Part shown: positions 18,738 through 28,581 of the stretch, piece after piece
Numbering within the stretch: position 1 is the stretch's first letter
Layout of the letters: each line of letters opens with the position of its first letter
From: Candidatus Marinacidobacterium sp.
GTDB lineage: Bacteria; Acidobacteriota; Vicinamibacteria; Marinacidobacterales; Marinacidobacteraceae
Direction of reading: 5' to 3'
Length of the DNA: 64,000 nucleotides
Assembly (NCBI GenBank): GCA_965220965.1
Contig: OZ244852.1
Coordinates: 288,001-352,000 of the forward strand
Program-made: the position numbers and the translations under genes
The notes under the pieces: model-generated
Databases searched by the model: none
What the model was told of the DNA's origin: nothing
What the model saw: only the letters and a program-made list of their open reading frames with translations

Positions 18738-20927
18738 TCAGCTCGCGGCCGCGGACTCCCCGGCGCCCGGGCTCGTCCGGTGCACCTCGATGACGCCGCG
18801 GACCCCCTGCAGCAGTCGGGAGATCGCGCCGACCTCCTTCGCGTTGTGCACGGCCACGGTGATCCGGATGTTCCCGCGGTCCGCATCGTCGGCCATCCCC
18901 TCGAGCGACCGGATGTCGGTGTCGGTCTCCGCGATCACCTTCGTCAGGTCCGCGAGGATCCCCTTCCGATTCTCGACCCGGACGGTGAAGCCGGCGTCGT
19001 ATCGGGCGCCGCTGGTGGAGCCCCAGGAGACCGGAACCCGGCGTTCGGGATCCCTTCCGAGGTCCGTGAGCTGCGGACAGCGCGCCGCGTGGACCGACAC
19101 TCCCTTGCCCTGGGTGATGTAGCCCGCGATCTCCTCTCCCGGGAGCGGGGAGCAGCAGCGCGCCCGGTGGACCAGGATGTCGTTCTGGCCGCTGACCAGG
19201 ATGTCACGGGACTGGCGCCCGATGATCCGGCGGACCGTCCCGGCGATTCCCTGTCCGCTGGCCTCCGCCCCGGACGCCTCGCGCAGCTCCTCGACCGGGA
19301 AGATGTCCCTGAGCAGCCTGGAGGGCGGGGTCTTGCCATAGCCGGCGACCGCGTAGAGGTCTTCCAGCGTCGAAGCCCCGTGCCGCTTCAGGGCGTCGGG
19401 GAGGCCGGGCGCTCCGCGTAGCCGCCGCAGGCTGAACCCGTGCGTGCGGGCTTCCTTCTCGATGAGCTTGCGGCCGATTTCGATGCTCTTCTTCTTGGCC
19501 TCGGCGTTGAGCCGCGCCCGGATCTTGCTCTTCGCGCGGTTCGTCCGGGCGAACTTGAGCCAGTCCTCGTTCGGCAGGTGGTTCTTGCGGGTGAGGATCT
19601 CGCAGATGTCGCCGTTCCGGAGCTCCTGACGGAGCGGCGTCATCACCCCGTTCACCCGCGACCCGACACAACCGTGCCCGACTTCGGTGTGAATCGCGTA
19701 GGCGAAGTCGATCGCGGTCGCGCCGCGCGGCAGGGTCTTCACTTCGCCGCGGGGCGTGAAGCAGTGGACCTCGTCGGGGTAGAGGTCGATCTTGAGACTG
19801 CTCAGGAACTCGTTGGGATCCTTGAGTTCCTTGTGCCGCTCGAAGATCTGGCGCAGCCACGCGAACCGCTCCACGTCCTCCGGGGCGAAGCGCCCGCCCG
19901 ACTTGTAGCTCCAGTGCGCGGCGATCCCCTCTTCGGCCACCCGATGCATGTCCCGGGTCCGGATCTGGACTTCGAAGTGCGTGCCCGAGTCCGTCATCAG
20001 GCTGGTGTGAAGCGACTGGTAGCCGTTGGCGCGCGGCATCGCGATGAAGTCCTTGATGCGGCCGGGAATCGGCTTCCAGGCATTATGGATGACGCCCAGG
20101 GCGGTGTAGCAGTGGGGCACCGTGTCGGTGACCAGGCGCAGCGCGATGAAGTCGTACATCTGGTCCAGCTCGATGCTCTGCCGCCGCATCTTGCGGTAGA
20201 TCGAGTAGATGCTCTTGGTTCGGCCCGAGAGGTCGCCCGGGATCCGCTCGGCGGAGAGCTCCTTGCGGAGCGTGCGGCTGATGTCCCGGATGAACTCGTC
20301 CGACCAGCGCTTCTTCGCCTTCACCCGCGACTCGAGCACCCGATAGGTCTGCGGCTCCAGATGGCGCAGCGAGAGATCCTGCAGTTCGGCTTCGATGCGC
20401 CCGATTCCGAGGCGGCCGGCGATCGGGGCGTAGACATCCAGCGTCTCGGTGGCGATCCGCTGCCGTTTCTCCTCGCGCAGGTGGTCCAGCGTCCGCATGT
20501 TGTGGAGCCGGTCGGCCAGCTTCACGAGGATGACCCGGGTGTCCTCGGTCATCGCGATGACCATCTTCCGGATGTTTTCCGCCTGGTTCGCCTCGGCGGA
20601 GCGGAAGTCGACCTTCCCGAGCTTGGTGAGGCCGTCGATGACCCGCCGCACATCCTTCCCGAAGAGGCGTTCGATCTCGTCGGCGCCGACCTCGGTGTCC
20701 TCCACGACATCGTGCAGGAGGCCGCACGCCACGGAGACCGGGTCGAGCTGAAGGTCGGCGAGGATGCCCGCGACCTCGAGGGGGTGAGTCAGGTAGGGCT
20801 CGCCCGAGCGTCGCACCTGACCCCCATGCGCCTGGGCGGCCACCACGTAGGCGCGCCGCAGCAGGTCAAAGTCGGCGTCCGGGTGGTAGGAACGGATCCG
20901 TTCCCAGATCGTCTCAAACCGGATCAT
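18738..20927 (-). CDS. rel: Bifunctional (p)ppGpp synthetase/hydrolase (long RSH)
   Basis: RRSGEPY, intact HD motif (LHDVVED), KLADRLHNMRT, RxKD, YQSLHT, EVQIRT, followed by TGS, CC (zinc) and ACT domains. Confidence 0.95.
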   Translation of the reverse strand: MIRFETIWERIRSYHPDADFDLLRRAYVVAAQAHGGQVRRSGEPYLTHPLEVAGILADLQLDPVSVACGLLHDVVEDTEVGADEIERLFGKDVRRVIDGLTKLGKVDFRSAEANQAENIRKMVIAMTEDTRVILVKLADRLHNMRTLDHLREEKRQRIATETLDVYAPIAGRLGIGRIEAELQDLSLRHLEPQTYRVLESRVKAKKRWSDEFIRDISRTLRKELSAERIPGDLSGRTKSIYSIYRKMRRQSIELDQMYDFIALRLVTDTVPHCYTALGVIHNAWKPIPGRIKDFIAMPRANGYQSLHTSLMTDSGTHFEVQIRTRDMHRVAEEGIAAHWSYKSGGRFAPEDVERFAWLRQIFERHKELKDPNEFLSSLKIDLYPDEVHCFTPRGEVKTLPRGATAIDFAYAIHTEVGHGCVGSRVNGVMTPLRQELRNGDICEILTRKNHLPNEDWLKFARTNRAKSKIRARLNAEAKKKSIEIGRKLIEKEARTHGFSLRRLRGAPGLPDALKRHGASTLEDLYAVAGYGKTPPSRLLRDIFPVEELREASGAEASGQGIAGTVRRIIGRQSRDILVSGQNDILVHRARCCSPLPGEEIAGYITQGKGVSVHAARCPQLTDLGRDPERRVPVSWGSTSGARYDAGFTVRVENRKGILADLTKVIAETDTDIRSLEGMADDADRGNIRITVAVHNAKEVGAISRLLQGVRGVIEVHRTSPGAGESAAAS

Positions 20928-21107
20928 CGTCAGTGGCGCGTCCGGGCTCTTCGCCGGGGAGATCACCCCGGACCGCCCTGAGGCGACCGGGCCCGACGTC
21001 TCACCGAGGACGCCGGAACGCAAAGGACCCCGCCAACCGCCGCCGAAGCGAGCGGCCGACGGGGCCCTGGATGGAAGTTGCGCGGTTGGAGGGAGAGGGT
21101 CGCCCCC

Positions 21108-22220
21108 TTACGGCTGCTCGCCGGTTGCGGCGGCTTCGGCGGCGGCTGCGGCCGCTTCCGCGGCGGCGGCCTGCTGGGCCTCACGAAGCGCCAGCGCCCG
21201 CGAGCGATACTCGTCCGCCTCGGCGGTCAGCGCCGACGCGTTGCGCGGATCCAGCTTGGCCTTCTCGCGGAGGAGGAGGTTCTTGTAGACGAGCGCGTCA
21301 ACGTACTCGTCGTTGATCACGAGCGCCTGGTCGAGCTGCTCCATGCCGAGGTCCACGAACTCGCGGCGATCCGATTCCGTGAGGTCCGGGTCGCGGTAGA
21401 CCTTGTCCCAGTAGTAGGTCGCGATCAGGTAGTAGCCCTCGGGGTTGTCGGGGTTCACATCGCGGGCCCGCGCGAGCCATTCCATGGTCTCGTCGAACCG
21501 GCCGTACTTGTTCAGGAGGTTCGCGACCTGGCGGTAACCGATCGGGTCGTCCGGGTTCAGCTCCACCGGCTTTTCGTAGGCGGCGACCGCCTTGTCGAGC
21601 AGCGGGTTCTCCTCCGGGTCGTGGTAGCGCTCGTACACGTCGGCGAGCGCGTAGTACCGCTCCGGCGCGTCCGGGTCCATGTCGATGAGCCGGTTGAAGT
21701 AGTGCTCGGCCATCTCGAGGTCGTCGAGGTGGTCGCGGTGGATCCCGGCGAGCTGTTCGACCGAGTAGCGCTCGTAGAGGCCTACGACCTCCTTGGTCTC
21801 CGGGGTCTGATCAGGGTCGTTCAGGATGGCCTCGACGACGCGCAGGGTGTCCTCGTAGCCGTCGAGCGCGGCGTCCAGATGCGCCTCGTTCTCCTCGTCC
21901 ATGTCGCCCGGCCGGTAGAGAAGATGGTGGCTGCTGGCGCTGAAGAAGCGGAGCGTCGTCTGGACGATCATGTGCTCTTCAGGCGCGTTCGCGGCCGCCT
22001 CGGCGTAGTGGCCGATGGCCTCCTCGTACTCCTTCTTGCCGTAGGCCTCGTTCGCCTTCTGGAAGGCTCGCATCGCCTGCAGCATGTTGATGTAGTTCCC
22101 GACGTATCCGCAGCCCACCGAGCCGGCCGTGAATGCGCCCAGAACCAGCGCCGCCAAGGCGGCGCGCAGAAGGGATTTCCTCTTCGCGGTCATGATGTCC
22201 GTGGCCTCCTCCCCGTTCAT
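21108..22220 (-). CDS. Tetratricopeptide-repeat protein, probable lipoprotein
   Basis: Basic N-terminus, hydrophobic stretch and SVG-C lipobox; several TPR-like helical repeats ending in xDP/NP; ATGA overlap with exbD. Confidence 0.8.
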   Translation of the reverse strand: MNGEEATDIMTAKRKSLLRAALAALVLGAFTAGSVGCGYVGNYINMLQAMRAFQKANEAYGKKEYEEAIGHYAEAAANAPEEHMIVQTTLRFFSASSHHLLYRPGDMDEENEAHLDAALDGYEDTLRVVEAILNDPDQTPETKEVVGLYERYSVEQLAGIHRDHLDDLEMAEHYFNRLIDMDPDAPERYYALADVYERYHDPEENPLLDKAVAAYEKPVELNPDDPIGYRQVANLLNKYGRFDETMEWLARARDVNPDNPEGYYLIATYYWDKVYRDPDLTESDRREFVDLGMEQLDQALVINDEYVDALVYKNLLLREKAKLDPRNASALTAEADEYRSRALALREAQQAAAAEAAAAAAEAAATGEQP

Positions 22221-22621
22221 TCGGGGACGATCCCGACGCGCTCGACGCCATTCCCCTTGGCGATGTCGAGGATGGCGACGACGTCCCCGTAGTTCAGGAA
22301 GCCGTCGGCCTTGAGGAAGATCGTCTTGTCAGCGCGGGTCTCGAAGATGTCGCGGATCCGGAGCGGAAGCTCCTCGCGCGCAACGACCTGCTTGTTGATC
22401 GTGACCTGACCCTGCCCGTCCACGTTCAGGACGAGCTGGTTCGGGTCCGGCTCCGCCTCGACGACCTCGTCCTGGCTCTCCGGCATCTCCACGTCGTGGC
22501 CCTGCTGCGTGAGCGGGGTGACGACCATGAAGATGATGAGCAGCACGAGCAGCACATCGATCAGCGGGGTGATGTTGATGTCCGAGGTGACTCCGCCGGA
22601 CGCAAAGCCTGACATTCCCAT
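22217..22621 (-). CDS. exbD: Biopolymer transporter ExbD/TolR
   Basis: INITPLIDVLLVLLIIFMV with the conserved Asp; FLKAD..LNYGDV. Confidence 0.92.
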   Translation of the reverse strand: MGMSGFASGGVTSDINITPLIDVLLVLLIIFMVVTPLTQQGHDVEMPESQDEVVEAEPDPNQLVLNVDGQGQVTINKQVVAREELPLRIRDIFETRADKTIFLKADGFLNYGDVVAILDIAKGNGVERVGIVPE

Positions 22622-22660
22622 GATGGGTTCTCCTGGGTCTTCCCGGTGGTCCGCCGCGGG

Positions 22661-23074
22661 CTATTCGGTGGCCCGGTCGGTGATCAGGCCGATCTCGTCG
22701 GCGCCGCCGTCACGGCACAGTTCCATGATGTACAGGACTTCGTGGTACTGCAGTCGTTCGTCGGCCTTCAGGTAGAGCAGCCGCTCGGTCTTGCCTTCGA
22801 ACTTGGCGGCGAGCGCCGTCGGAAGGTCCTGCTGGGTCGTGGAGATCAGGTCGAGGTAGATCTCGCCGTTCTCCCGGACCGCGACGTTGACGACATCATC
22901 GCTGTCGGCGTGGTCCTGGCCGTACTCGGCGACCGGGAGCTTCACATCGACTCCCTTCTGCAGCAGCGGGGTCACCACCATGAAGATGATGAGCAGCACC
23001 AGCATGACGTCCGCGAGCGGCGTCACGTTGATGTTCGCGTTGACATCCTTGCTGCCAAGGCCTGCCATTCCCAT
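22661..23074 (-). CDS. exbD: Biopolymer transporter ExbD/TolR (second copy)
   Basis: INVTPLADVMLVLLIIFMV; YLKADERLQY. Confidence 0.92.
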   Translation of the reverse strand: MGMAGLGSKDVNANINVTPLADVMLVLLIIFMVVTPLLQKGVDVKLPVAEYGQDHADSDDVVNVAVRENGEIYLDLISTTQQDLPTALAAKFEGKTERLLYLKADERLQYHEVLYIMELCRDGGADEIGLITDRATE

Positions 23075-23183
23075 GTCGGATCCCTCCTTCAGTTGGAGTG
23101 GCCGGCGACCGCCTCCCGGAGGACGGGAGGCGGTTCAGCGACCATGGAAGTGTGGTTGGGGGTTGGGTTTCGGTGCCGGCGGA

Positions 23184-23855
23184 TCAGGAACGGCGCGACA
23201 TGTAGTCGAGAAGTTCCGAGGCTCCGTTGTCCATTTCGATGCCGAAGCCGTCGGCGCGGTTCGTCAGGTAGTTGAACGCCCACACCGCCGGGATGGCGAC
23301 GAAGAGACCGAAGGCGGTCGCGATGAGCGCCTCGGCGATTCCGGCGGAGACGGCGCCGATACCACCGGAGCCGGTCAGCGCCATGCCGCGGAAAGCGGTG
23401 ATGATGCCGAGCACCGTCCCGAGGAGGCCCACGAAAGGAGCCGTCGCGCCGACGGTGGCCAGCCCGGAGAGGTTCCGGCGGAGATCCATCATGTTGATGG
23501 CGGTGGCCCGCTGGATGGCGCGGTTGGCGGACTGGATGGTCTCCGGGTCCGCGCTTCCGCCCTCGGCGGCCTGGTACTGGACTTCCTGAAGGCCGGCGAG
23601 CAGCACCTTGGCGAGGTGGCTGTTCTTGACGCTCTTGTCCTGGCTGACCTTGATCGCGCTGTCGATGTTCCCGTCCTTGAGGGCCTTGGCGACCTTCGGC
23701 GAGTAGCTGCGCGACTGGCTCTTGGCCTTCGTGTAGGTGAGATAGCGCTCGACCATGACCGCGAGCGAATACACGGACATGACGGCCATCACGCCGTTGA
23801 TGAACTTGGCCGCGAAGCCCATGTGGCTCCAGATCTCGAGCAGATCGAAAGACAT
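23184..23855 (-). CDS. exbB: MotA/TolQ/ExbB proton channel
   Basis: LATVGATAPFVGLLGTVLGI and GIAEALIATAFGLFVAIPA motifs. Confidence 0.93.
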   Translation of the reverse strand: MSFDLLEIWSHMGFAAKFINGVMAVMSVYSLAVMVERYLTYTKAKSQSRSYSPKVAKALKDGNIDSAIKVSQDKSVKNSHLAKVLLAGLQEVQYQAAEGGSADPETIQSANRAIQRATAINMMDLRRNLSGLATVGATAPFVGLLGTVLGIITAFRGMALTGSGGIGAVSAGIAEALIATAFGLFVAIPAVWAFNYLTNRADGFGIEMDNGASELLDYMSRRS

Positions 23856-23992
23856 TTCCGTGGTCCTCCTGGGATTCGTGGAAATTCGAGAAACGCCGCC
23901 GCGCCCGGGTCAACTGGGCCCAGGCGACGGCGGATCAGGAAATAGGGGAGTTGGTTCCGTTCGTCGCGTGGGCCTCAGCTGATCGCGCTTCG

Positions 23993-24709
23993 TCAGCCCA
24001 GGTTGAAGGTCACCGTGACGGACATCACGATCGGCACCGGCACGCCGTTGAGCAGCGTCGGCTGGTATCTCCACTGGCGCACCGCGTCCATCGCGGCCTG
24101 GTCCAGAAGCGGGATCGAGCGCAGCACCGAGATGTTCGTCACGTTGCCGTTCGGGTCGATGATCGCTTCCAGGATGACGACGCCCGAGACCCGCGCCTGT
24201 TTGGCGATCTCGGGATAGATGGGCTGGACGTAGTTGATCCGCGTCGGTTCGCGGATCTCGCCGCCCACCCGGACAGGAGCCGCCTTGGGCGGCGGAGGCG
24301 GGGGCCCGGAGGGCAGTCCACCGACGATGCCGCCGATGATCCCGCCCGGAACTCCGCCCTCGACGCCGCCAGGGACGCCGAAGTCGACGCCGGCGCTGTC
24401 GCCGATGTCATCGGGAATGTCCACCGGAGCCACGAACTGCGGGGTCGTGTTGAGGACCGGCTTGGGCGCCGACGGGCGACGGGCCGCCTTCGGCGGCGGC
24501 GGTGGCGGCGGCGGGGGCGGCGGCGGCGGGGCCGACGCCATGAAGGTCATGATGCCGTCCGGAGTCGGAAGGTTGACCGCGAGGATCGGGATCACGATGA
24601 AGATGATCGCGAGTCCCGCCTGCAGCGCGAACGAAAACGCGAAGGCCCCGGCGGAGCGCAGCGCGTTGTCGTCCTGCGAGGAGACATTGAATGTCACGTT
24701 TCTGGCCAT
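23993..24709 (-). CDS. tonB: Energy transducer TonB
   Basis: N-terminal TM helix, poly-Pro linker, GVPGGVEGG repeats, and TonB-C domain (YPEIAKQARVSGVVIL...QWRYQP). Confidence 0.92.
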   Translation of the reverse strand: MARNVTFNVSSQDDNALRSAGAFAFSFALQAGLAIIFIVIPILAVNLPTPDGIMTFMASAPPPPPPPPPPPPPKAARRPSAPKPVLNTTPQFVAPVDIPDDIGDSAGVDFGVPGGVEGGVPGGIIGGIVGGLPSGPPPPPPKAAPVRVGGEIREPTRINYVQPIYPEIAKQARVSGVVILEAIIDPNGNVTNISVLRSIPLLDQAAMDAVRQWRYQPTLLNGVPVPIVMSVTVTFNLG

Positions 24710-24965
24710 GCGGACCTCCTGATTCCCGGTGTCCCGTCCCCGACTCGGGTCGGGTCGTCACCCCCTGTTCCGGAAGGGAAAACGCGCCGCCCGCCGCCCC
24801 GCGACACCGACCCTTGAGAACGGTGCAAAATCAGGACGCCGAGGGGCCCGCCGGACCATCGGGAAGAGAGAGAAAGTAGCACTCCACGCCCCCGGATGTC
24901 AACCGGAACAACCCGGAGTCGGGCGCGTCGGGCGCCGGGCGCCGACTCGGCGGAGCGGATGCCGC

Positions 24966-25754
24966 CTAGCGGAGGGAAAACCGCACCGTGAGGTCGCTGA
25001 GGGCCGCCACCGGACGCCCGTTCCGCTGCGCCGGCCGGAAGCGCCAGCCGGATTCGACGACCCGGACCGCTTCCTCGTCGAGGCCGGGAACGGAGCGGAT
25101 GACGCGCAGGACCTCGACCGCGCCGCGCTCGGTGATGAGCGCCCGGAGGACCACCCGACCCCGGATCCCGTCCCGCAGCGCGGCGCGCGGAAACTGCGGA
25201 CTGGGCATCGAGATGGGCGTCGGGGGCGTATCCGGCGGCGGCAGGACGGGGTCCGCTTCGGCCCGGGAAGCGCCGATCCGGCCGCCGGCGACGCCGCCCG
25301 CGAGGCCGCCGACAACGCCCTCGGCGCGTCCGAAGGGGAGCCCGTCGAACAGTCCCTCCGGGAGGCCGTCGGGCGCTCCGAAGGAGGCGCCGGCGTCGGC
25401 CGCCGCCTCGGCGGCGGCCTGAAGCGCCGCGGTCGGGACCGGTTCGGGGGGAGGCAGGAAGACCTGCGGCCGCCTCCGGGGGGCGGCGGCCGTCTCGGGA
25501 CGCCGGGGGGCGTCCGGTTCACCCACGGGCAGCGCCGCCGCCGGCGGGGCGAAGAAGCGCACGGTGTGGGCCGCTTCCGGTCCGGTGGGGATGCCCGCCC
25601 GGTCGAGGCTCGCGGACGCATGGAGCAACCCCAGGACGGCCGCTCCGTGGAGCACCAGGACGACCGGCAGCGACACGCGCAGTCCGCCGGCGGCGGCCGG
25701 AAAGTCCTTCGACGGCCGCAGGAGCATTCGGCGCGCAGGGGGTCCGGCGGACAC
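24966..25754 (-). CDS. tonB: Second TonB-family protein
   Basis: SxxxxLVLHG TM motif, Pro/Ala-rich linker, and TonB-C domain (FPRAALRDGIRGRVVL...WRFRPA). Confidence 0.82.
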   Translation of the reverse strand: MSAGPPARRMLLRPSKDFPAAAGGLRVSLPVVLVLHGAAVLGLLHASASLDRAGIPTGPEAAHTVRFFAPPAAALPVGEPDAPRRPETAAAPRRRPQVFLPPPEPVPTAALQAAAEAAADAGASFGAPDGLPEGLFDGLPFGRAEGVVGGLAGGVAGGRIGASRAEADPVLPPPDTPPTPISMPSPQFPRAALRDGIRGRVVLRALITERGAVEVLRVIRSVPGLDEEAVRVVESGWRFRPAQRNGRPVAALSDLTVRFSLR

Positions 25755-25768
25755 GATCGTTGGTCTAG

Positions 25769-25948
25769 CAACCTGTTGACAAAGTCACGCGGCGTTCGAG
25801 CGGCGATGCATCCCGCCCGAACCGCGCCCCTTCGGGGCGCTCATCGTTCCGTTTCGCTCGGAATATTCCCGATATTCCTCGCTCACGCGCCTTGTCGGCC
25901 GGGCGCCTCACCGCTCTCGGCGCTGCACGGGACTTCATCAACAGGCTG
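25769..25948. mobile_element. 180-bp fold-back repeat element (MITE/REPIN-like), copy 1
   Basis: 10 differences from 61746-61925; 18-bp imperfect terminal inverted repeats CAACCTGTTGACAAAGTC / GACTTCATCAACAGGCTG; CTAG on the left flank only; no protein-coding homology recognised. Confidence 0.8.
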
Positions 25949-26011
25949 CCCGCCCGCCAGTCTACCGGGGGACCCCCGGCGCTGCCGGAAGGCGGGCGGG
26001 TTCGGGCCCGA

Positions 26012-26983
26012 TCAGACTCTGGCGGGTTTCGCCGCGGGGTGCTGTTCCTCGGCGCTCGCCTTCGCGCTCCGACGGAACCGATGCCACCAGAGCACGATGG
26101 GCGACGCGATCGCGATGGAGGACCACGTTCCCACCAGGACTCCGGCCACGAGCACGAACGAGAAGGCGCGGAGCACCTCGCCGCCCCAGATGAGCAGCGC
26201 TCCGACCGCGATCAGGGTCAGCCCCGAGGTGAGCACGGTGCGCCGCAGGGTCTGGTTGATCGAGAGGTTGATGATCTCGCGGAGCTCGATCCGTCGATGG
26301 ATGTGGCGGTTCTCGCGGACGCGGTCGAAGATCACGATCGTGTCGTTCACCGAGTACCCCACAAGCGCGAGGAACGCCGCGATCACGTTCAGGCTGAGCT
26401 CGTGGTCGAACAGCGACACCAGCGCCAGCGTCACGCCGACATCATGCAGGACGGCCACGGTGGCCCCGACCCCGTAGACGGGTTCGAAGCGGAACCCGAT
26501 GTAGATCAGCATCGCGAACAGCGCGAGGAGCGCTGCGTTGCGCGCGCGCCGCCGCAAGTCCTCTCCGACCTGCGGGCCCACGACTTCGGTGCTGGCGGAA
26601 ACCAGCGGGGTCCCCGCCGACCCGGCGCGGAGCGACGTCAGGATGCGGTTCGCGCTCGCGTCGATGCCGCTCGCGGCTTCGCCGGGCTCTCCCTCCTCCT
26701 TCTCGACCCGGATCATCACCTGGTTCAGGGAGGGATCGTCGTAGCGCTGGATCACCGCATCTCCGAACCCCAGCCCGGAGACGGCCTCCCGGACGGCCTC
26801 GATCTCGGGGGATTCGGCGAACTTGGCGACCACCAGGGTCCCTTCGGAGAAGTCGATTCCGTAGCGGAGTCCGCCCTGGCGCACGGTATCCACCACGCCG
26901 GCGGCGAAGACGGCGAGCGACACGCCGGCGAACCACCAGCGGTACTTCAGCCAGTCGATGCGGGTGTCGCGGAGGATGTCCAT
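26012..26983 (-). CDS. secF: Protein translocase subunit SecF
   Basis: GIDFSEGT, VGPQVG, YIGFRFE, LHDV and GYSVNDTIVIFDRVREN motifs. Confidence 0.96.
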   Translation of the reverse strand: MDILRDTRIDWLKYRWWFAGVSLAVFAAGVVDTVRQGGLRYGIDFSEGTLVVAKFAESPEIEAVREAVSGLGFGDAVIQRYDDPSLNQVMIRVEKEEGEPGEAASGIDASANRILTSLRAGSAGTPLVSASTEVVGPQVGEDLRRRARNAALLALFAMLIYIGFRFEPVYGVGATVAVLHDVGVTLALVSLFDHELSLNVIAAFLALVGYSVNDTIVIFDRVRENRHIHRRIELREIINLSINQTLRRTVLTSGLTLIAVGALLIWGGEVLRAFSFVLVAGVLVGTWSSIAIASPIVLWWHRFRRSAKASAEEQHPAAKPARV

Positions 26984-26993
26984 GGCGGCGAAC

Positions 26994-28532
26994 TCAGATG
27001 CTCAGCGCGCTCACCTGGCGTCGCCCGCCAAGGACCCAGTCGAAGAGGAAGCGGGAGACGAACATGGCGGTGAAGACGTTGCTGATCAGCCCGATGCTCA
27101 GCGTCACGGCGAAACCCTGGACCGGTCCGGTCCCGAACTGGAACAGGATGGCCGCCGCCACCAGCGAGGTCATGTTGGCGTCCACGATCGTCAGGAAGAC
27201 GCGGGAGAACCCGACCGAGACGGCGGTGCGCGGCGGCTTGCCGGAACGCATCTCCTCCTTGATTCGCTCGAAGATGAGCACGTTCGCGTCGACCCCCATC
27301 CCGATCGTCAGGATGACCCCGGCGATGCCCGGCAGGGTCAGGGTGGCGGCGAAATACGCCATCGCCCCCATGAGGATCAGGAGGTTCATGACGAGGGCGA
27401 TCACCGCGTTCACGCCCGAGAGCCGGTAGTAGAAGAGGATGAAGAGGAGAACGCCCGCGAGTCCCGCCAGCGAGGCGGTGACCCCGCTCCGGATGGAATC
27501 GGCGCCCAGCGACGGGCCGACGGTGCGCTGCTCCTGGTATTCGAGCGAGGCGGGCAGCGCTCCCGCCCGCAGAACGAGCGCCAGGTCGAGCGCCTCCTCC
27601 ACCGTGAAGTTCCCGACGATCTGCCCCTGGTCGTAGATCGCGCTCTGGATCACCGGAGCGGAGACGACGTCCCCGTCGAGGACGATGGCCATCTGGCGTC
27701 CCACGTTGGCGCCGGTGAAGTCGCGCATCCGGGACGCGCCGTCGGCGTGGAGGCTGAACTCCACGTTGGGCAGGTTCGTCTGGAAGTCGATGCCCTGGCG
27801 CGCGTTGCGGAGGTCGCGCCCGGTGATCGCGGCTACGCGGTTCACCTGGTACCAGCCGGTGGCCCCGGTGGGCAGCGTGGTGGTGATGTTCTGAAGCGAA
27901 CTGTTCAGCGGGGGCAGCAGGGCCTCGTCGAGCACCGGCCCCGCCTGGACCAGGCGGAGTTCGAGCTGGGCGGTGGCCTGGATGATCTCCTTGGCCCGCT
28001 CCACGTCCTCGTAGCCGGGAAGCTGCACCAGGATCTGGTCGCCGGTGGCGCCGTGCGTCGTGATGACCGGCTCCGCCACTCCCAGTTCGTCAACCCGTCG
28101 GCGGATGGTCTCCATCGCCTGCACGACGGTCTGGTCCCGGAGCACGAGCTCCTCGGAGGAGCGCAGCCGCAGCGACCAGTCATCGCCCCCCACGGTCTGG
28201 AGATCCCACGCCGGCCAACTGAAGGCCACGATGTCGGAGACCTCCGAGCGGCGGGACCCGTCGAGGTCGAGGATCGTCAGGTCTCCGAACCCGTTCACCT
28301 CGATGTCCGAGAAATCGATCGCCTCGTTGTCGAGCCGCTCGGCGAGCTGCTCCGCGGTCTCGTCGGTCATCACCCGGACCGCGTCGTCGGTCTCCACCCG
28401 GAGCACCAGGTGGATTCCCCCCTGGAGGTCCAGTCCGAGGACCAGCTTTTCTCCCGGCGGGTTTACGACCAGGACGAGTCCCGCGACCAGCGCGAGAAGG
28501 AAGATCGCCTTCAGGCGGAGGTTCCGCTTCAC
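26994..28532 (-). CDS. secD: Protein translocase subunit SecD
   Basis: LGLDLQGG, RRVDELGVAEP, AIVLDG, LRAGALPA, VGPSLG and DANVLIFERIKEE motifs. Confidence 0.96.
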   Translation of the reverse strand: MKRNLRLKAIFLLALVAGLVLVVNPPGEKLVLGLDLQGGIHLVLRVETDDAVRVMTDETAEQLAERLDNEAIDFSDIEVNGFGDLTILDLDGSRRSEVSDIVAFSWPAWDLQTVGGDDWSLRLRSSEELVLRDQTVVQAMETIRRRVDELGVAEPVITTHGATGDQILVQLPGYEDVERAKEIIQATAQLELRLVQAGPVLDEALLPPLNSSLQNITTTLPTGATGWYQVNRVAAITGRDLRNARQGIDFQTNLPNVEFSLHADGASRMRDFTGANVGRQMAIVLDGDVVSAPVIQSAIYDQGQIVGNFTVEEALDLALVLRAGALPASLEYQEQRTVGPSLGADSIRSGVTASLAGLAGVLLFILFYYRLSGVNAVIALVMNLLILMGAMAYFAATLTLPGIAGVILTIGMGVDANVLIFERIKEEMRSGKPPRTAVSVGFSRVFLTIVDANMTSLVAAAILFQFGTGPVQGFAVTLSIGLISNVFTAMFVSRFLFDWVLGGRRQVSALSI

Positions 28533-28581
28533 CGTCGGCTCGCCGCGTTCCCGGGTTCTGGCAAGAAGTGAGGCCGGAGGC

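Noticed and set aside
24490-24535. GGC/CCG trinucleotide run
   Set aside because: It encodes the poly-proline linker of TonB, which is expected.
25776-25781. Perfect TTGACA -35 box inside the element end
   Set aside because: It points into the element, has no -10 at 16-18 bp, and copy 2 has TTGACG.
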